From assembly GCA_028534125.1 (NCBI GenBank), contig CM052816.1, positions 36,272,001-36,336,000 of the forward strand: 64,000 nt of DNA. The letters are read 5' to 3'. The stretch is from Lama glama (lineage: Eukaryota). How positions within the stretch are numbered: the first letter of the stretch is position 1; the number at the start of each line of letters is the position of its first letter. Position numbers and translations under genes: made by a program. This document shows, piece after piece, positions 12,726-26,559 of this stretch. The notes beneath the pieces were generated by a model. It searched no databases, was not told where the DNA came from, and saw only the letters and a program-made list of their open reading frames with translations.

Positions 12726-13189
12726 CAAACAAGATGCTGTGGGTAATGAAAGAGAAACCAGAAAGAAAAATAAAACTGGAGCACTTGCCTGAAAGGGCCC
12801 AATGGCTTCTGTGTTCAAAGTACGCGAATATTTTACTGAATTAAACTTTTCTCTCCCAAATTAGCATGACAATAATGCTTTTAATCAAGGGGCCCCTAGG
12901 GAAACTTTTGTTGAGGTCAGCTTGATTCATCTAATGGGATAAGGTGACCCCAGACTTATTTATCTATGTGGAAGAGCTTCGTATTTTGCATAAATGAAAT
13001 AAAAGTAGTCTGCTTGATGATATTTTAAGGAAAAGAAAATTTACATCCTCCATTTCCCTACATGTCTCTTTTCCCTCTTCCCCTATTTTCTTGCTCTTAG
13101 TACTGATTTTTTTCCCCTAGAATAGTTTCTCCAGATGGAGATATTCTTTTAAAATCCCTATTAAATGGTTTTAGGGTATATCTATTGCT

Positions 13190-13696
13190 TTCCCCTGCCC
13201 AACAACTACTTCTGATAATAGTAACTTGTTTTGTCTTTGGGGAAGCACTTCTTGACAACTTTCAATCCAGGTAGTTTGGGTGGGAACAAACTAATTTCCT
13301 CGGGGCCTATGATTTAGGTCTGGACAAACTGCTACACTTTTAGGTCATCGAGGCCAACCTATAGGCACTCAAGCCTGAGTTTCTTGTCAAAACTTCCGGA
13401 AAAGAGAAACTCTTTCCTTGATAGCTATAAACAGAGTTGGAGGTGAGACTATAGCTGCTGGTGGCCATTTGCCACTGTGTTAAAAGAACCTACAAGAGAA
13501 TAAAGTTGACAGATGAAAGCAGAAGCCAGAGATGATGTGAAATAATTTTCTGAAAACATTGCTTGCCTACCAAATGCATCTGTACCTAGAAAATCTCTAG
13601 AATTTTCCATTTCATGAGTCAAAAATTTATTTCTTTGTGTAAGCCAAGTTGCATTGCTTTTTCTGTCTTGCAACTGACGAAGTCCTAACTGAAACA
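13190..13696 (+). mobile_element. MaLR LTR (MLT1K/L-like)
   Basis: 'agctgctggtggccatttgccac' and the 3' end 'taagccaagttgcattgctttttctgtcttgcaactgacgaagtcctaactgaaaca'. Confidence 0.7.
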
Positions 13697-13914
13697 ATGA
13701 TTGCAGACTTTTGCCAATGTAGCACCTGAGACCATTAAATGCTATTAACAATGAAGGATTTGGATTTGCTAAAATTCACCAGGAGAAAGGGTGGCCAAGA
13801 GGTAGGAGTCAGGGCGTTTTATTAACAAGAGTACTGGAAAAATCTCTAAGATCATAAACTTCTGGTCAGGAGAAGTAGGAGAAGTGTGAACTGATACAGC
13901 CTTAGATTCACGCC

Positions 13915-14025
13915 ACGATGTAAATTCAATGAAAGCAGGAGCTTCATCTTACTCACTGTGGTATTTCTATCACCAAGCACACGCATGGCACAAAACAGAA
14001 GTTAACATGTGGCTGATGAATGAAC
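13915..14025 (+). mobile_element. L2 3' fragment
   Basis: 'tgtaaattcaatgaaagcagga...tactcactgtggtatttcta...catggcaca...ctgatgaatgaa'. Confidence 0.65.
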
Positions 14026-14171
14026 ATACCAGAATACAATGCTAAGGGAATTACTGAGAAGTTCATTCACTCATTAAGCTAGATCCAACTACACTGGTTA
14101 TTGTGAGAAGCCAGGTTTAATTTTCAAACAATGGGGCAACTCTGTAGCTAGACTGAGTGAATTAATACTAG

Positions 14172-14440
14172 AGAGGCTGTAGGGCAGAGTGGTTAGAGCA
14201 CATGCTTTAAAGTCAGACAGAATATTTGGATCTAGGCACCATAATTTGCTTCTCTAAAATCTCAGGCAATCTAATTTAATTTTCCTGAGCCTTAATTTCC
14301 TCAACTGTAAAACTGGGAGCATAATATCTCATGTGTTGTTATGGAGATTAAATGTGATAATGAACATAAAATCTTAGCACAATGGTCTGGCACAGAAGAA
14401 GGGCTGCTATCATTTTTCTTCTTTTTACTGTTATTCATCT
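14172..14440 (+). mobile_element. MIR SINE
   Basis: 'gcagagtggttagagcacatgctttaaagtcagacag...ctgagccttaatttcctcaactgtaaaactggga...gttgttatggagattaaatg'. Confidence 0.85.
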
Positions 14441-14749
14441 CATCATAATTATTATCACCATGAGTCGAAACAGTAGACTGGAAGGAACTCTAGACAGTAC
14501 TAAAATACCTTTGCTCTAGTCCTTATCTTTTTAAAAAAATGTTAAAACTATGTTTCTAATCTTGGACAACTCAGATCTCCTAGGTACTGTCTTTTGCATA
14601 AAACATACTTATGGAGAAATGAGATTACATATAAAAGCACTTGACAAATTGCAAAGCATGATAAGAATGTGAGATGGTATTATTTTCTCCTATTTTATAC
14701 AGTTTTGTAAATTTGTGCTTTTAGTATCTCTTATTTGGCTCACTTGACC

Positions 14750-14925
14750 TTGGCTCTCAAACCAAAGTGTTCATAAGAAACACCAGGGAACTTTAAAAAT
14801 GCACTTTCCTGGGTCTTGACCTCAGAAGATTCTGATTCAATAGGTCTGGGTTGGGGGATGAAGCTGCATTTTTAAACAAGCTCTTCTTTTGATGCCAATG
14901 CAGGTGAACTGTGGATATTCTTCGT
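14750..14925. mobile_element. MER5A-like hAT-Charlie MITE
   Basis: 'ctcagaagattctgattcaataggtctgggttggggg...ctgcatttttaaacaagctc...gatgccaatgcagg' matches the MER5A core. Confidence 0.75.
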
Positions 14926-15924
14926 GATGTCACCATTTTGTGATGTGTAACTAATCTGAAGACGGCCTTGACCACTCAGGAATTCTAGATCCTGCCTGAT
15001 CTTAAAGCAGTGATAGGTGAAGGCTAGTACGAGAGCTATGGCCCACTGTGCGTCGTCATTTCTATTTGTAGCTGAGTGGAGTTGGCAGCAGGCACAGGCT
15101 GGCAGCGGCTTGCAACACACTCCTTGTCAAAGCACATACTGTTTCTGCAGCTGGCATCTATTCCCTGTACATCCCAATTATAACAGTATTACTGAGCCTT
15201 GTGACAGTCACACATTTCATCACCTCGGGGGACTGGGAAGAGCAGGTTGGCCATGGCATGGGTGCCCTGCTCCCTCCTTTCCTCATATTCATCATTGCTT
15301 AGGAATCTTGTTGGTCCCACTTGGCAATGAGTGTTTGCTGTTCCTAACTGGAGATGTTTGGAGTCCAGACCAGGTCAGAGATTATGTACAAGCTGCAGTT
15401 TATGGAGAGTTTACCTGCTGTAAAGCACTCATTTTCGAAGCATTTCTACTATTAAAGTTGTCATAATTATGATGATAGCCATGTCTCTGCCCTTCTTTGG
15501 TGGGCCTGTATGCTTCAGTAAACCATTCCTACCCTTGGATGCACATGGATGGCTTTCGATAATTTGAGAGAACCATAGGGTGCATTTTACTCTACCTGCA
15601 TGATGGAGAGTTTTGACCCCTACATAACTTTTTCCTCTTAAGGAAAGCTATGAGGCTTAATAAAATAGATGTTGCACTATTGAATGAAATATACAATTAC
15701 TATATGGTATATACTCAAAACGCCTTTACTTAGTCACCTAATGGAAAAAAAAGAGTAGCAAGTTGATACACAGAGAAACATGTGCAGACTACCCATCATT
15801 TGGAAAATCACTGGTACTATGTTATATTTAAAAGTTATAACTAAGAAAGATATTAAAATATACATTTTTTTCTTTTTATCTATCCTGACATTATGTGGGA
15901 TCAATAAATATTAATTTCAGAACC

Positions 15925-18900
15925 CACTCTGGCCCTGCTTGCTCTGTGGTGCAACTCCACACTAACGGGAGGGCTGCTGTGGCCAAGGGGAGTGCATACT
16001 TGTAAGGGATGGAGCTGGGCTGGACTCAGAATGGCATCTGAATGGGGCAAGGGTGTCTGTTGCTAGTGCTTACGGAGGCAGTGGATCAGAAGAAGTCCAG
16101 AACATCGACTGGGGCCAGGACTGTCACAGCCCATACCCAGACCTATACTGAGTGCCTGCTCCAAGCCCTCTTGCCCCAGCACTGCTCACCTTTGGGCCTA
16201 GACTGCAGGTGCTGGCAGTGGGGAGAGCATACTCTTAGAAGGTACAGAATCAGCTTGAACCTGAACCTGAGGGCTTCTGCTTCAGCAACTTGGGACTTGA
16301 CCACACCCTCATTAGGATGGTGTTTGCCAATGAACAGAGGAGAAGCCCTAGCTCACACCTGGCTCTGGCTCTAGCCCCTCAACTCCAGCCCTACTTCCCA
16401 TCAAGGTGATAGCTACCAGTACACCCTGGGGAAAGACGTGACTTGTGCTCACAGTTAGGTCCAGCTCTCCCACCAAACGTAATGAACACATGCAGGCTAT
16501 ACAGGGACACTCCTAAACAAGGACACCTCTTCAAGACTGCAAAAGGTAATTGTTTCACCTAATTTCATAAAGAGAAAGTTAAGCAGAATGAGAAGAAAAA
16601 CAAATTTATTTCAAAGAAAAGAACAAGAGAAAATCCCTGAAAATATCATTTAATAAACAGGAAAGAATTTACCAAAGAATTAGCAGCATTATTAAAAAGA
16701 ATGCTACTAAATTAGGGAAAACACAATGAGAATTTTAAAAAGAAATTAGAAAACATGAAAAAAAAAGTCAGAACATAAGAATACAATAAAATGAAAAACA
16801 GACTAGATGGAATTAACAGCAGACTCAGTGATACAGAAGAATGCATATGGGATCTGGAAGACAGAAAAATGGAAATCACCCACTCAGAACAGCAAAATAA
16901 AAACAATTTTTTTTTAAAAAAAGAGGAAATTTTAAGGAACATTTGGAACAACATCAAGTGTACCAACATTCTCATTATAGCGGTCCTAGAACAAGAGAGA
17001 GAAAAAAGGGTCAAAAATGTATTTGATATAATTATGGCTGAATACTTTCTTTCCAAATATGAAAAGGGAAGCAGATATCCATGTACAGGAAGCACAGAGG
17101 GCCCCAAATGAGATGAACTCAAACAAACCCAAACCAAAACATACAATAATTTAAATGGCAAAAATTAAACATAAGGAGAGAATTCTAAAGGTAGCAAAAG
17201 AAAAACAGAGTCACATTTAAGGAGATCCCTATAAAGCTTTCAGCTGATTTTCTGCAGAAATTTTGCAGATAAGAAGGGGGTGGCATTATTTAAAGAGATG
17301 AAAGGGAAAAACTATCCAGCCAGGATACTCTACCTAGCAAGGCTATCATTTAGAGTTGGAAAGATAAAGAATTTCTCAGACAAGCAAAAACTGTAAGAAT
17401 TCATCAATAGTAAACCTACCCGAAAAGGAATGTTAAAGGGTCTTCTCTAAGTGGAAAAGAAAATGCTACAACAAGAAGTAAAATCTATAGGAAAGGAGTA
17501 TCTCACTATTAAAGGCAAATATTTAGCAAAAACTTTGGCTTAACCATTTAAATAAGCTAGTACAAAACTTAAAAGACAAAAAACTGTATCATCAACTATA
17601 ACTACAATAAACAGTGATGGGATAAACATGATGTAAAATATAATTTCAAAAACACAAAACATGGGGAAGGAAGTAAAAAATATGTAGATCTTTTAAAATG
17701 TGTTCGAACTTAAATGCCCACTGGTTTAAAATAAGTAGATACAGTAATAGGTCAACATATATGAACCCCATACTAACCAAAAATCAAAAGCTTACTACAG
17801 ATACACAAAAACTAGAGAGAAAGTAACACATGCATACCACTAAAGAAAATGATCAAATCACAAGGTTTGAAATCACAAGGGAAGAAACTAAAAGAAGAAG
17901 AAAAGAACTGAGAACTACAAAAACTACCAGAAAACAAGTAACAAAATGGCAATATAGATCAGGGAGAAAATAAATTAAAGACAAAAAAAAAATTCAATGA
18001 AACCAAGAGCTTTTTTTGAAAAGATAAACAAAATTGATAAGACTTTAGCCAAGCTTATCAAGAAAACCAGAGAGAGAACTCAAATAAAATAAGAAAGGAA
18101 AGAGAAGAAACAGCAAATGATACCACAGAGATAACAAAAATTCATGAGAGTACTAAAAACAGTATTTGCCAACAAACTGGACAACTAGAAGAAACAGTCA
18201 AATGTCTAGAAACATACAAACTTCCAAGACTGAATCAGGAAGAAATAGACAATCTGAACAGACCAATCTCTAATAAAGAAGCCGAAGTTGGAATTAAAAA
18301 CAAACAAACAAAAACAAAAAAAAACCAAACACCTCCCAGCAAACAAAAGCCAAGACCAGATGCTTCACAGAGGAATTCTACCAAATATAAAGAACTAATT
18401 CTTATCATTCTCAAACTATTCCAAAATACTGGAGAAAACACCCCCAAACTCATTCTATGAGACAACCATTACCCTGATACCAAAACCAGACAAAGACACT
18501 ACAAAAAAAAGAAAATTATAGGCCAATATCTGATAAATACAGAAGTAAAAATCCTCAATGAAGTATTAGCAAACCAAATTCAACAATATATAAAAAGGAT
18601 AATACACCATGATTAAGTGGGATTTATCCCAGTGATTCAACAGTGGTTCAATATCTGCAAATCAACCAATGTGATACACATTAACAAAAGGATAAAAATG
18701 ACATGATCATCTATATAGATGCAAAAAAAAAAAGCATTTGACAAAATTCAAGAACGATTTATGATAAAAACTCTCATCAAAGTGGGTATAGAGGGAAGAT
18801 AGCTCAACATGATAAGGGTCATTTATGACAAACCTACAGCTAATATCATATTCAATGATGGAAAGCTGAAAGCTTTTCCACTAAAATCAGGAATGAGACA

Positions 18901-20990
18901 AAGATGCCTATTCTTTCCACTGTTATTTATTATAGTACTGGAGCCCTAGACACAGCAATTAGATGAAATAAAACAGAAATAAAAGGCATTCAAATTGGAA
19001 AGGAAAAATAAAAGTGCCATTATTTGCAGATGACATGGCACTACATTTAGAAAACCCTAAAGTCTCCACCAAAACACTATTAGAACTAGCAAATTAATTC
19101 TGTAAAGTTGTAGAATACAAGATTAATATACAGAAATCTATTACTTTTCTATACACTAATAATGAACTATCAGAAAGAAAATTCAAGAAATTGATTGTTT
19201 ATAATTACATCAAAAAGAATAAAATACCTAGAAATAAATTTAACCTAAGGGAAAGATCTAACTTTGAAAACTGTAAGACATTGATGAAGTAAACTGAAGA
19301 CAATATAATAAATAGAAAGATATCCCATGTTCATAGACTAGATGAGTTAATATTGCTAAAATGTCCATACTATTGAAAGCAATCTATGGATTTTATTCAA
19401 TCCTTATCAAAATACTCAAGACATTTTTCACAGAACTACAACAAATAATCCTAAAATTTATATGGACCCATAAAAGACCTCAAATAGCCAAAGAAATCTT
19501 GAGGAAAAAGAACAAAGCTGGAGATACCACACTCCCTAACTTGTGACTACACAACAAAGCTACAGTAATCAAAACAGCAGGTATTGGTACAAAAACAGAC
19601 ATACAGATCAACAGAATAGAGAGCCCAGAAATAAACCCATGCATCTATGGTTTATTAATCTATGACAAAAGATGCAAAAATATACAATGGAGAAAAGATA
19701 GTCTCTTCAATAAGTGGTACTGGGAAAACTGACAGCTACATGAAAAAAGAAAGAATGAAAAGAGAACATTCTCTAGTACTACATATAACAATAAACTCAA
19801 AATGAACTAAAGACCTAAATGTAAGACCTGAAACCATAAAACTCCTAGAAGACATAAGCAGAACACTCTTCGACATAAATTGTAGCACCATTTTTATGAC
19901 CTGTCTCCTAAGGCAAAGTAAACAAAAGCAAAAATGGGACCTAATTAAACTTAACTGCTTTTGCACAACAAAGGAGACTATCAACAAAACAAAAAGACAA
20001 CCTGCTCAATGGGAGAAAATATTTGCTAATGATAAGACTATATTCAAAATATATAAACAGCTCATACAACTCACTATCAAGAAAACAAAGAACCCCAGTA
20101 AAAAAATGGGCAGAATACCTGAATAGATACTTTTCTGAAGCAAATATATAGATGCCTAACAGGTACATGAAAAGATACTCAACATCACTAATTATCAGAA
20201 AAATGTAAATCAAAACCACAATGAGGTATCACCTCACATCTACCAGAAATACTGCCATCAAAAAACCTACAAATAACAAGTGTTGATGAGGATGTAGAGA
20301 AAAGGAACCCTAGTATGCTACTGATGGGAATGTGAATTGATTCAGCCACCATAGAAAACAGTATAGAAGATACTTAAAAAACTAAAAGTAGAACTACTAT
20401 ATGATCCAGCAATTCCACTGTTGGGTATATACCCAAAGAAAATGAAAGCACTAATTTGAAAAGATACATGCAATCAATGTTCATACAAGCATTATTTACA
20501 ATAGCCAAGACATGGAATCATCCTAAGTGTACATACACACAGAAACACATAAACACACAGAAACATACACAGAATGGAATTTGTAACAATCTGGATGTAC
20601 CTGAAGGGTAATAGCTTAGTGAAATAAGTCAGCCAGAGGGAAAAAACACCATATGTTATCACTTACATGTGGAATATAAAAAATAAAACAAACAAATGTA
20701 TATCACAAACACTAACAGATTCATTTATGTAGAGAACAAACTAGTGGGTTACCAGTGGGGAGAAGGAAGAGATAGGGGAAGTGGGTTAAGAGATACAAAC
20801 TACTATGTATAAAATAAATAAACTACAAGGACATACTGTTCAGCACAGTAAGTATAGCCAATATTTTCTAACTTTAAATGGAATATAATCTATAAAATTT
20901 TGAACCACTATTTTGTACACCTGAAACTAATAAAATATTGTAAATCAACTATACCTGAATTTTAAAAAATAAAGCAAACAAACAACAAAA
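15925..20990 (+). mobile_element. Near-full-length cetartiodactyl-type LINE-1 (5' UTR, ORF1, ORF2 lacking the endonuclease domain, 3' UTR, A-tail), inactive
   Basis: GC-richer 5' UTR at about 15925-16560. ORF1 remnant 16791-17111 (LDGINSRLSDTEECIWDLEDR...NIWNNIKCTNILII). ORF2 ATG at 17946, RT motif 'tatttgcagatgacatg' (LFADDM) at about 19021, ORF2 fragments 19361-19546 and 19896-20126. Ends 'gtaaatcaactatacctgaattttaaaaaataaa'. Many frameshifts. Confidence 0.95.
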
Positions 20991-21249
20991 AACCCAACTT
21001 CTCCTTTTAGATCAATGATATATTTGAGGGTTATATGGGACTACCTGGAAGAACATGACTGCTGATGTTAAAAATCTGGGATAATAGGCTAAAAATAATT
21101 GATACAAATAAGAGAAATGACTAGCAAATGTAAATATTGACAATAAATGTGGCAGTAGTCACCTCAGAGGCACAATCTTAAGCTGCAGTAGAATCTCTCT
21201 CATGAAAAAAATTAGCATGGTCCTAGAATGTAAGAAAATGTAGAAATTA

Positions 21250-21730
21250 ATAAAAGAATTGATTCATGAGTGTTTTGCCCACCATAACTTACATATATAG
21301 AAGGAATTTGGAAAAGAAAAAGAAAATGGTTACAGATTTTATAAGAATAGAAATCCACTTATGTGTTGAAGTTCAAAGAATGAGAGTTGCATAGTTGTAC
21401 AAGAGATAGGTGGGATCTGACATCAATTTAGTAACGGCCTTCAAAAACTGGATGCAAAAAATTAATACAGAAAGTAATCAATTTTCACCCCCCATTCCAT
21501 TTCAGCAGGAGCAAGAAGAAATGTGCCTTAATTCAAAGTCTGACAGATTTAGATTTTAAGTTGATATTTCTGGAAGGAGAACAATTACTGAAGGATGGAC
21601 TTATGAGAAAGAGCTCTAAAGAACAATACAATCTATATTGTTCTGTTAGGATGGTTTGTGACTAGCTGGGCCAATGTTGAGAGGTCACAGTGCTTTTTAA
21701 GGTTCCTCAACACTAGAATTCTATGATTAA
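21250..21730 (+). mobile_element. L3/CR1 LINE 3' remnant
   Basis: 'gtaacggccttcaaaaactgga', 'gacagatttagattttaag' and the terminal 'taaggttcctcaacactagaattctatgatt' resemble the CR1/L3 3' end. Confidence 0.5.
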
Positions 21731-22083
21731 GCCTAGTTGTAGCATGGTATCCAGGAGGAACAAGCAAATGCTGTGAAAGAAGTTCTCAGAATTGCCTCAA
21801 ACTCAAAGGTTGAAAGAAATGACAGTGCAGTTTTTGGCTTAACTTGGAGCAGATAAGCTACAGCTGTAGGAAGGCTGGTTACACATACTGATCTGAGGTA
21901 AATTTCCTGCTGGAGAAGTGCCACACAGACTGAAAATATCAATTAGGACTGTCATGAACCGGGAACTTGGTAACACAATCCTCACCCTAATTTTTATCCA
22001 TGATGATGAATAGTTATTTCTTTGAAAACAACAGGAACCAAAGATTTTCTTATTCTTTTAAAACACTGATAAAGTTACATTTT

Positions 22084-22272
22084 CCCCAAAGTTAATTTTT
22101 CTATTGTGGTAAAATACACACAGCATAAAATTTACCATTTTTACGTGTATAGTTCAGTGGCATTAAGTACATTCACAGTGTTGTGCAACCATTACACATT
22201 CCAGAACTTTTTCATCATTCCAAACTGAAACTCTATGCCCATTAAACAGTAACTCCCTATCTCTCCTTCCAG
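22084..22272 (-). mobile_element. L1MB-like 3' terminal fragment with probable TSD
   Basis: 'ttgtggtaaaatacacacagcataaaatttaccattttt...agttcagtggcattaagtacattcacagtgttgtgcaacca' flanked by taaagttacatttt (22070-22083) and taaagttactttt (22273-22285). Confidence 0.85.
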
Positions 22273-23029
22273 TAAAGTTACTTTTACAATTAATCATATT
22301 AAGAAACTGTTGATTAATGGGTAAACAGTAGTTCTGACAAGAGGGTACATTTAATTATGGTTATCCTATCTTAGGGGAAAAAACTGTGAAATATTTATCA
22401 CCAGCTGAAGGATATAGCCATTCATGGTTACAAGTTCTAAAACTGGAGGAAGAAATATCTAACACAATTTTAAAAAACAAACTTTAAAACTGGAGTATTA
22501 TCTAAAGAGGTGATTATCTCTACCCCCTACCATCAATCAAATTTGTACATATCTAAATATTCAGGCTTTGGTTAGAAATACTTTCTCATCTATATCTATA
22601 CTGTTAAGAGGCTGTAGCTGTAATATAGTCAGTGGTTGGGCTTATATTAGTAAATGACAGGTGACAAGATGATGATTGATTTTTGTATCACAGAAGCATA
22701 TCTTCAGACTTCTGTGCTTTCCAGGCTCTTATGTCTTGGGTTTCTAATGAATATAGGTCAGTAATCTTTTCAAAATGTTACTAACTTTGACGGAGAGACT
22801 TCAACATTCTATATTCAACTTTAAATGTTGTAAAATGTTTGTTGTTTACTTTTGTAAAAAACACCAGTGCTAGTCTTATCTATGTGTATTCGCTATAAAA
22901 TCAAAACATGACTGGCTCCATTAGCATATACAGTGTCTGTAGGGTGGGCACAAAAATTGACTGGAAAACTGGAAGGGATATTTAACCCTTTAAGTAAAGT
23001 ACTTTTTCAGGTAAGGTCTATGTCAATTT

Positions 23030-23178
23030 TCTTTTTTTTAATTTAATTTTTAATTTTTATTTTGGGGGGAGGTAATTAGGTTTATTTATTTATTTTTTTT
23101 AATGGAGGTACTGGGGATTGAACCCAGGACCCTTGTGCATGCTAGGTATGTACTCTACCACTGAGCTATACCCTTTCT
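23030..23178 (-). mobile_element. tRNA-derived camelid SINE (Vic-1-like)
   Basis: The minus strand reads 'gggtatagctcagtggtagagtacatacctagcatgcacaagggtcctgggttcaatccccagtacctccatt...aaataaataaacctaattacctcccccc' plus an A-rich tail, with Pol III A-box (tagctcagtgg) and B-box (ggttcaatcc). Confidence 0.88.
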
Positions 23179-23194
23179 AACTTTCATTCTTTTT

Positions 23195-23740
23195 TAAGTT
23201 ATCTGTCTTTTCTTGCTGAGCTATTAATATTTTCTCTTTATCCTTACTGTGCTGCAACTTTACTCTGCTATGTCAAGACTGGGCCTATTTTTATTTACTT
23301 TTTGCATTTTAAATCTTGGAAAATTCTCAGGTATTATCTCTTTATATATAGTTGACCTTCCATTTCCATTTGGTGGACCACATCAATCCATCTTTTGGTG
23401 CTGTGTTCTGAGTGCGCTGGTTAGTCCTATCTTCTAATTAAATGAATCTCTGTAGTATTCTAGAGGTTTTTAAAAAATTCAATAAATACTTTTGTCTTGA
23501 ACTTCTAATCGGTTCTATTCATTCTTCATCTGTTGCTGATTTCATTCTTGCCTTTTCATTCCTTAAAGATAGAAACTATTTTTATAAGGATTCTAAGACT
23601 TTCTATTATGGTGATTTTGAAAATTTTTTAAATTCTATTTCATTGGTAGTGAAAGAGTCTCTCAAGTATTAATTTTGTTGTTCTTCTTCTTATTGCTAAT
23701 CCCTAGGGCTTCCTAAATTTATCATGAGTGAGTTATCTTT
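23195..23740 (-). mobile_element. Very old L1 ORF1-region remnant
   Basis: Antisense ORF1-type phrases 'aatattttctctttatcctt' and 'aaatcttggaaaattctcaggtattatctcttt'. Confidence 0.45.
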
Positions 23741-26559
23741 CCTGTCTGCCTGCCTTCCCTCAACCCCAAACTCATTTCTACCTGCCCTCTAATTTTGGGG
23801 TGGTTTTCCCTGCCCTGTCCTAGGTCTTGACCTAGACCCCAACACTGATCTGGTGAGCAGCACAGCCCAGGCCCTGCCTAGGCAAAGTCCTCCGGGCTTC
23901 CAGCCTCTGAAAAGTCACAGCTTTATTCAAGGGTAGCCTCAGGCAATGAGGAGTTCTGTCAGCATTTCTTCACTGGCCAGCAGCCCAGTTTAATGATGCC
24001 CCTCCTGTTTCTCTCCTTGAATCTGCAAAGGCCCACAGATGCATCCTATGCTCAAACCTATTTCTAGGGCATAATTTAAAAATTATTATTAAAAACCTTA
24101 TTTTACTGTGGTTGTATCTTTCTATTTATTTATTTCTTAAAAATTATTGCTCTCTTTAGAGCGGAGGAAAAAAATTCAAAGCTTAACTGACAGTGTCAAC
24201 CTGCCTATGAGGCTGAGGTTACATGAGCGGACTGTTGAGATAATTAATGCTAAAATCTGTTTATGAATCTAATAAATCAATCTCTTTGAACTCAGCATTA
24301 AATAAATGTTTTGTGTATGCTCTAGCTTGAAACTTGGAAGATGAATCAGCTGATTTAGAACAAAGCCCTTCCAGTTATTAAATGATTATTTCAGTACAAA
24401 AGGGAGGAGAGACATAACTGATACGAGGCAGTCTGGCCTCTAATAGCTTTAAGATTTATAATTCTAAAGTCCACTATTTTGATATTTGTGTATATTTCAT
24501 GCAAATGCAATTTTTGTCTTAATGAAATGGATAATGATCTCAGATAGTCTCAGAAAAAAAGTGTAAGTTGGGGGAAAATGCTTGGTGATACATATTATGG
24601 TAAGAGTGAAAAATGGAAATAGCTACAATAGCCTAAGTATTAATACTGTAGGAAAAAATTGAAACTGGTTAGTCTGAAATTTCAAGTGGGTCAGTGCCCT
24701 GAGTCACTAACTTTGCAAAGTTTTCTTGGGTATATTTCTTTTTCTAATGAGTTGTCACATGTGCTTAATGTCAACAACCAATAGGAGTTTCTTGTGAGAT
24801 TCAAAAATGGTTGCATTTGCTTGAAACATTGAGCATATGAGTCATTTACAAAAGCGTGTACAATAATTAAATTGGAGTAAGAGTAATGAGGTATAAAGAT
24901 CACACTCACTAAATTTAAGAGTGATGTTTTGTTGAGCTGCCAAGAAAATTAAAATATTCCCACAGAAATTTATGAATGGTACAGAAATCTTTGACAACAG
25001 TGTAAGGTTACTACCCCATTTTTAAATTAAACATTCAGCCAAATATCAGCAAATTTGATGAAATGCAACTGGAAAAGGTGCATGCCTTTATTTTATTTTA
25101 TTTTTTAGCTCTTAAAGACTCAGTTTTGCTAAGACACGTTTCACCCAAACCTTGCCTAAAGGAAACCATGTGTGTGAAGATGAACACAGTGAAGCAGACC
25201 ATGCTTGTTAGCTGATTTGCACATAAAGAATATCTGTTCTGGGAATGGACAGAAAAATAGGTGTCATGTAAACATGTCTCTTTATCCCCTTGAGGAAGAG
25301 GCAGGGCAAGTGAAAAAAAAATTATGCATTCTGCTGGCTTAGGAACTCTAAGGGCACATTAAGCCTGATTTGTAACTCTTCCAGGCACAATGTACAATTT
25401 TCATAAAGAGACTGAACTGAAGATTCCCTGCCATTGTTCTGTCATCCAGCTGACCATGAGTGTAAGTATACAAGATATTTCAGCCTAGGTTCTTTGCAGT
25501 ATTTTTTCAGAAAAAAAGATTGCTAATTAGGGATTCATAAAACTTACAGACATAATTTGTAAAAGCAACAATCAATTGTTTATTTTTAAGTGTAAGTGGA
25601 AAACTTGCTGAATAGGTTATTTCTCCAAATGACTCATGTCATCAAACCAATATAATCTATATGAAAGTTCATTAAGATGTTCAGAAAATCTAGTGGTCAT
25701 ATATAAACATGGTTTTTGAATTCTTCATCTTTTCTAGAAAGCGGTGACTGGAATTTTCAGATCTGCTCTCTTTTACGTTTTCATTGAAAATACTCACTTA
25801 TGTCTTCATTATTATTACTGAGTACTTCCACAGATTTTGTTTTCTGGGACAAGAATATTGCTATTTCAGATTCTTTACTATGTCAGGGACAATAAATGTA
25901 ATCAAATGGTAAATAAAAAATAACAATTTCACATTTTTCAGTGGTGAAATTAAGTGGGCCAACATTCTTGTATGCTTCTAAAGAAATTCAAGAACTTAGC
26001 AAGCAAGTTTGGCAGATGGGACCTCGAATAGAGACTGGCTCAACTTTGCTTATCTAAGGTATGGAAGTGATAAGGGTCTCTATGATTAATAATGTATTAA
26101 TAATAATATTAACTAAATGGTTCAGTTAAAAATCCTTTGCCCATTATACCTAGGTTCCTCTTTATATTTTCTCTTCTTTATTCACAGGATATTGAACTCT
26201 GACTATAAACATCAAAATCTTAATAATATTTCCCTATATGTCTTTGGTCTACTGAAGAGTATGAAAAATAATTTTTTAACCCAAGGAGAACTACACAAAT
26301 AAGTGATTACATTGAATAATTATTATAACATAATACTATGTTTACAAGAACACAAAAAATGTTTACAAATACAATCAAATTTCCAACTTGCCAACCAACT
26401 GCACTGAAGTCAAATGCTAATAGGTTTTAATTCTTAAGTATCCTATTCTAAATATTCTTTCCATATAGATCATAGAAAATAATGTGGGATAAAGATATTT
26501 AGTCTCCTGATCTGAGATTTATATAAAAGCTGTAAAAGCCTATATTTGTATGTTTTGTC

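Noticed and set aside
15915..21003. TSD for the large + strand L1 (aacccactct / aacccaacttct)
   Set aside because: Plausible but needs two indels in about 11 bp, too degenerate to assert.
23100..23175. Functional tRNA gene
   Set aside because: The tRNA-like head runs into a SINE body and A-rich tail, and I cannot form an acceptor stem.
24640..24960. Possible CR1/L3 RT remnant
   Set aside because: Only faint phrase-level similarity; not supportable without an HMM search.
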